From Acidimicrobiales bacterium (lineage in GTDB: Bacteria; Actinomycetota; Acidimicrobiia; Acidimicrobiales; Palsa-688), in the NCBI GenBank assembly GCA_035551615.1, contig DASZNC010000059.1:13099-77098 (forward strand): DNA of 64,000 nucleotides, in the 5' to 3' direction. Numbering within the stretch: the first letter of the stretch is position 1; every line of letters begins with the position of its first letter. The notes beneath the pieces are model-generated. The model did no database searches. It saw only the letters and a list, made by a program, of their open reading frames with translations, and was not told the DNA's origin. The translations under genes and the position numbers were made by a program. Shown here piece by piece: positions 63,759 to 64,000 of the stretch.

Positions 63759-64000
63759 AGCGCGTAACTATATGCAACTGTCTGGTTGCAGATCGGGTTC
63801 GTGCTCCCCGATGAGCCCGTCGATCTACTCGGCGGTCAAAGGACCAGTCCGATCCGGGCCACCGCCCCTCGGCCGAGATCGAGCGCCCGGCGCGCCCGGC
63901 GGGGGTGGGCGACGGCCGGGCCCCGAACGGGAGCTCTACGCGTCAGCGCGCGCGTGGCCGCCAGCTGGGTTGACGCGCAGATAGCCCGAATTGGAGTTCT

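Noticed and set aside
1-64000. mobile elements, integrases, tRNA/rRNA genes
   Set aside because: No transposase, integrase or recombinase-like ORF was recognised and no clear terminal inverted repeats bracket a gene. No tRNA cloverleaf was spotted by eye, but this is not exhaustive and a tRNAscan run would be needed.

Overview
This 64 kb window is a dense chromosomal segment from a high-GC (~70%) actinobacterium. All calls below come from reading the six-frame track and the sequence by eye; no searches were run. Three LLM-class F420-dependent oxidoreductases, a mycothiol-dependent maleylpyruvate-isomerase-family enzyme and a mycofactocin-type SDR point to a Mycobacteriales/Actinomycetes-like lineage. 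About 70 protein genes are supported, mostly metabolic enzymes, regulators and signalling proteins. I saw no rRNA or tRNA, no CRISPR array and no recognisable IS, transposase or integrase. Several operons are translationally coupled through ATGA or GTGA stop/start overlaps, and at least two promoters (ArsR-like, TetR) look leaderless.

The candidates most worth a second look:
- An ECF sigma factor, a coupled 157-aa protein and a TPR-CHAT (caspase-like) protease form one operon at 36.8-40.5 kb, immediately upstream of an NfeD-flotillin-PhyH cluster. This is the best candidate for an undescribed system.
- Two paralogous secreted proteins built from 38-40-aa propeller-like repeats flank an HxlR/GNAT pair and a ~40% GC island that carries a perfect 11-bp inverted repeat.
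- A Pro/Tyr/Ser nonapeptide-repeat protein is translationally coupled to a patatin-like phospholipase.
- A riboflavin-synthase-DHBP-synthase fusion sits behind a putative FMN riboswitch.
- A ~50-nt palindromic element occurs twice (0.63 kb and 49.07 kb), and there are several short GC-rich tandem repeats.
- A large adenylate-cyclase-STAND-TPR protein, an apparently inactive ClpP paralog and a truncated LLM pseudogene abutting dinB are also present.

ORF-track coordinates are used for gene ends. Internal start codons and regulatory-site coordinates were located by hand and may be off by 1-3 nt.
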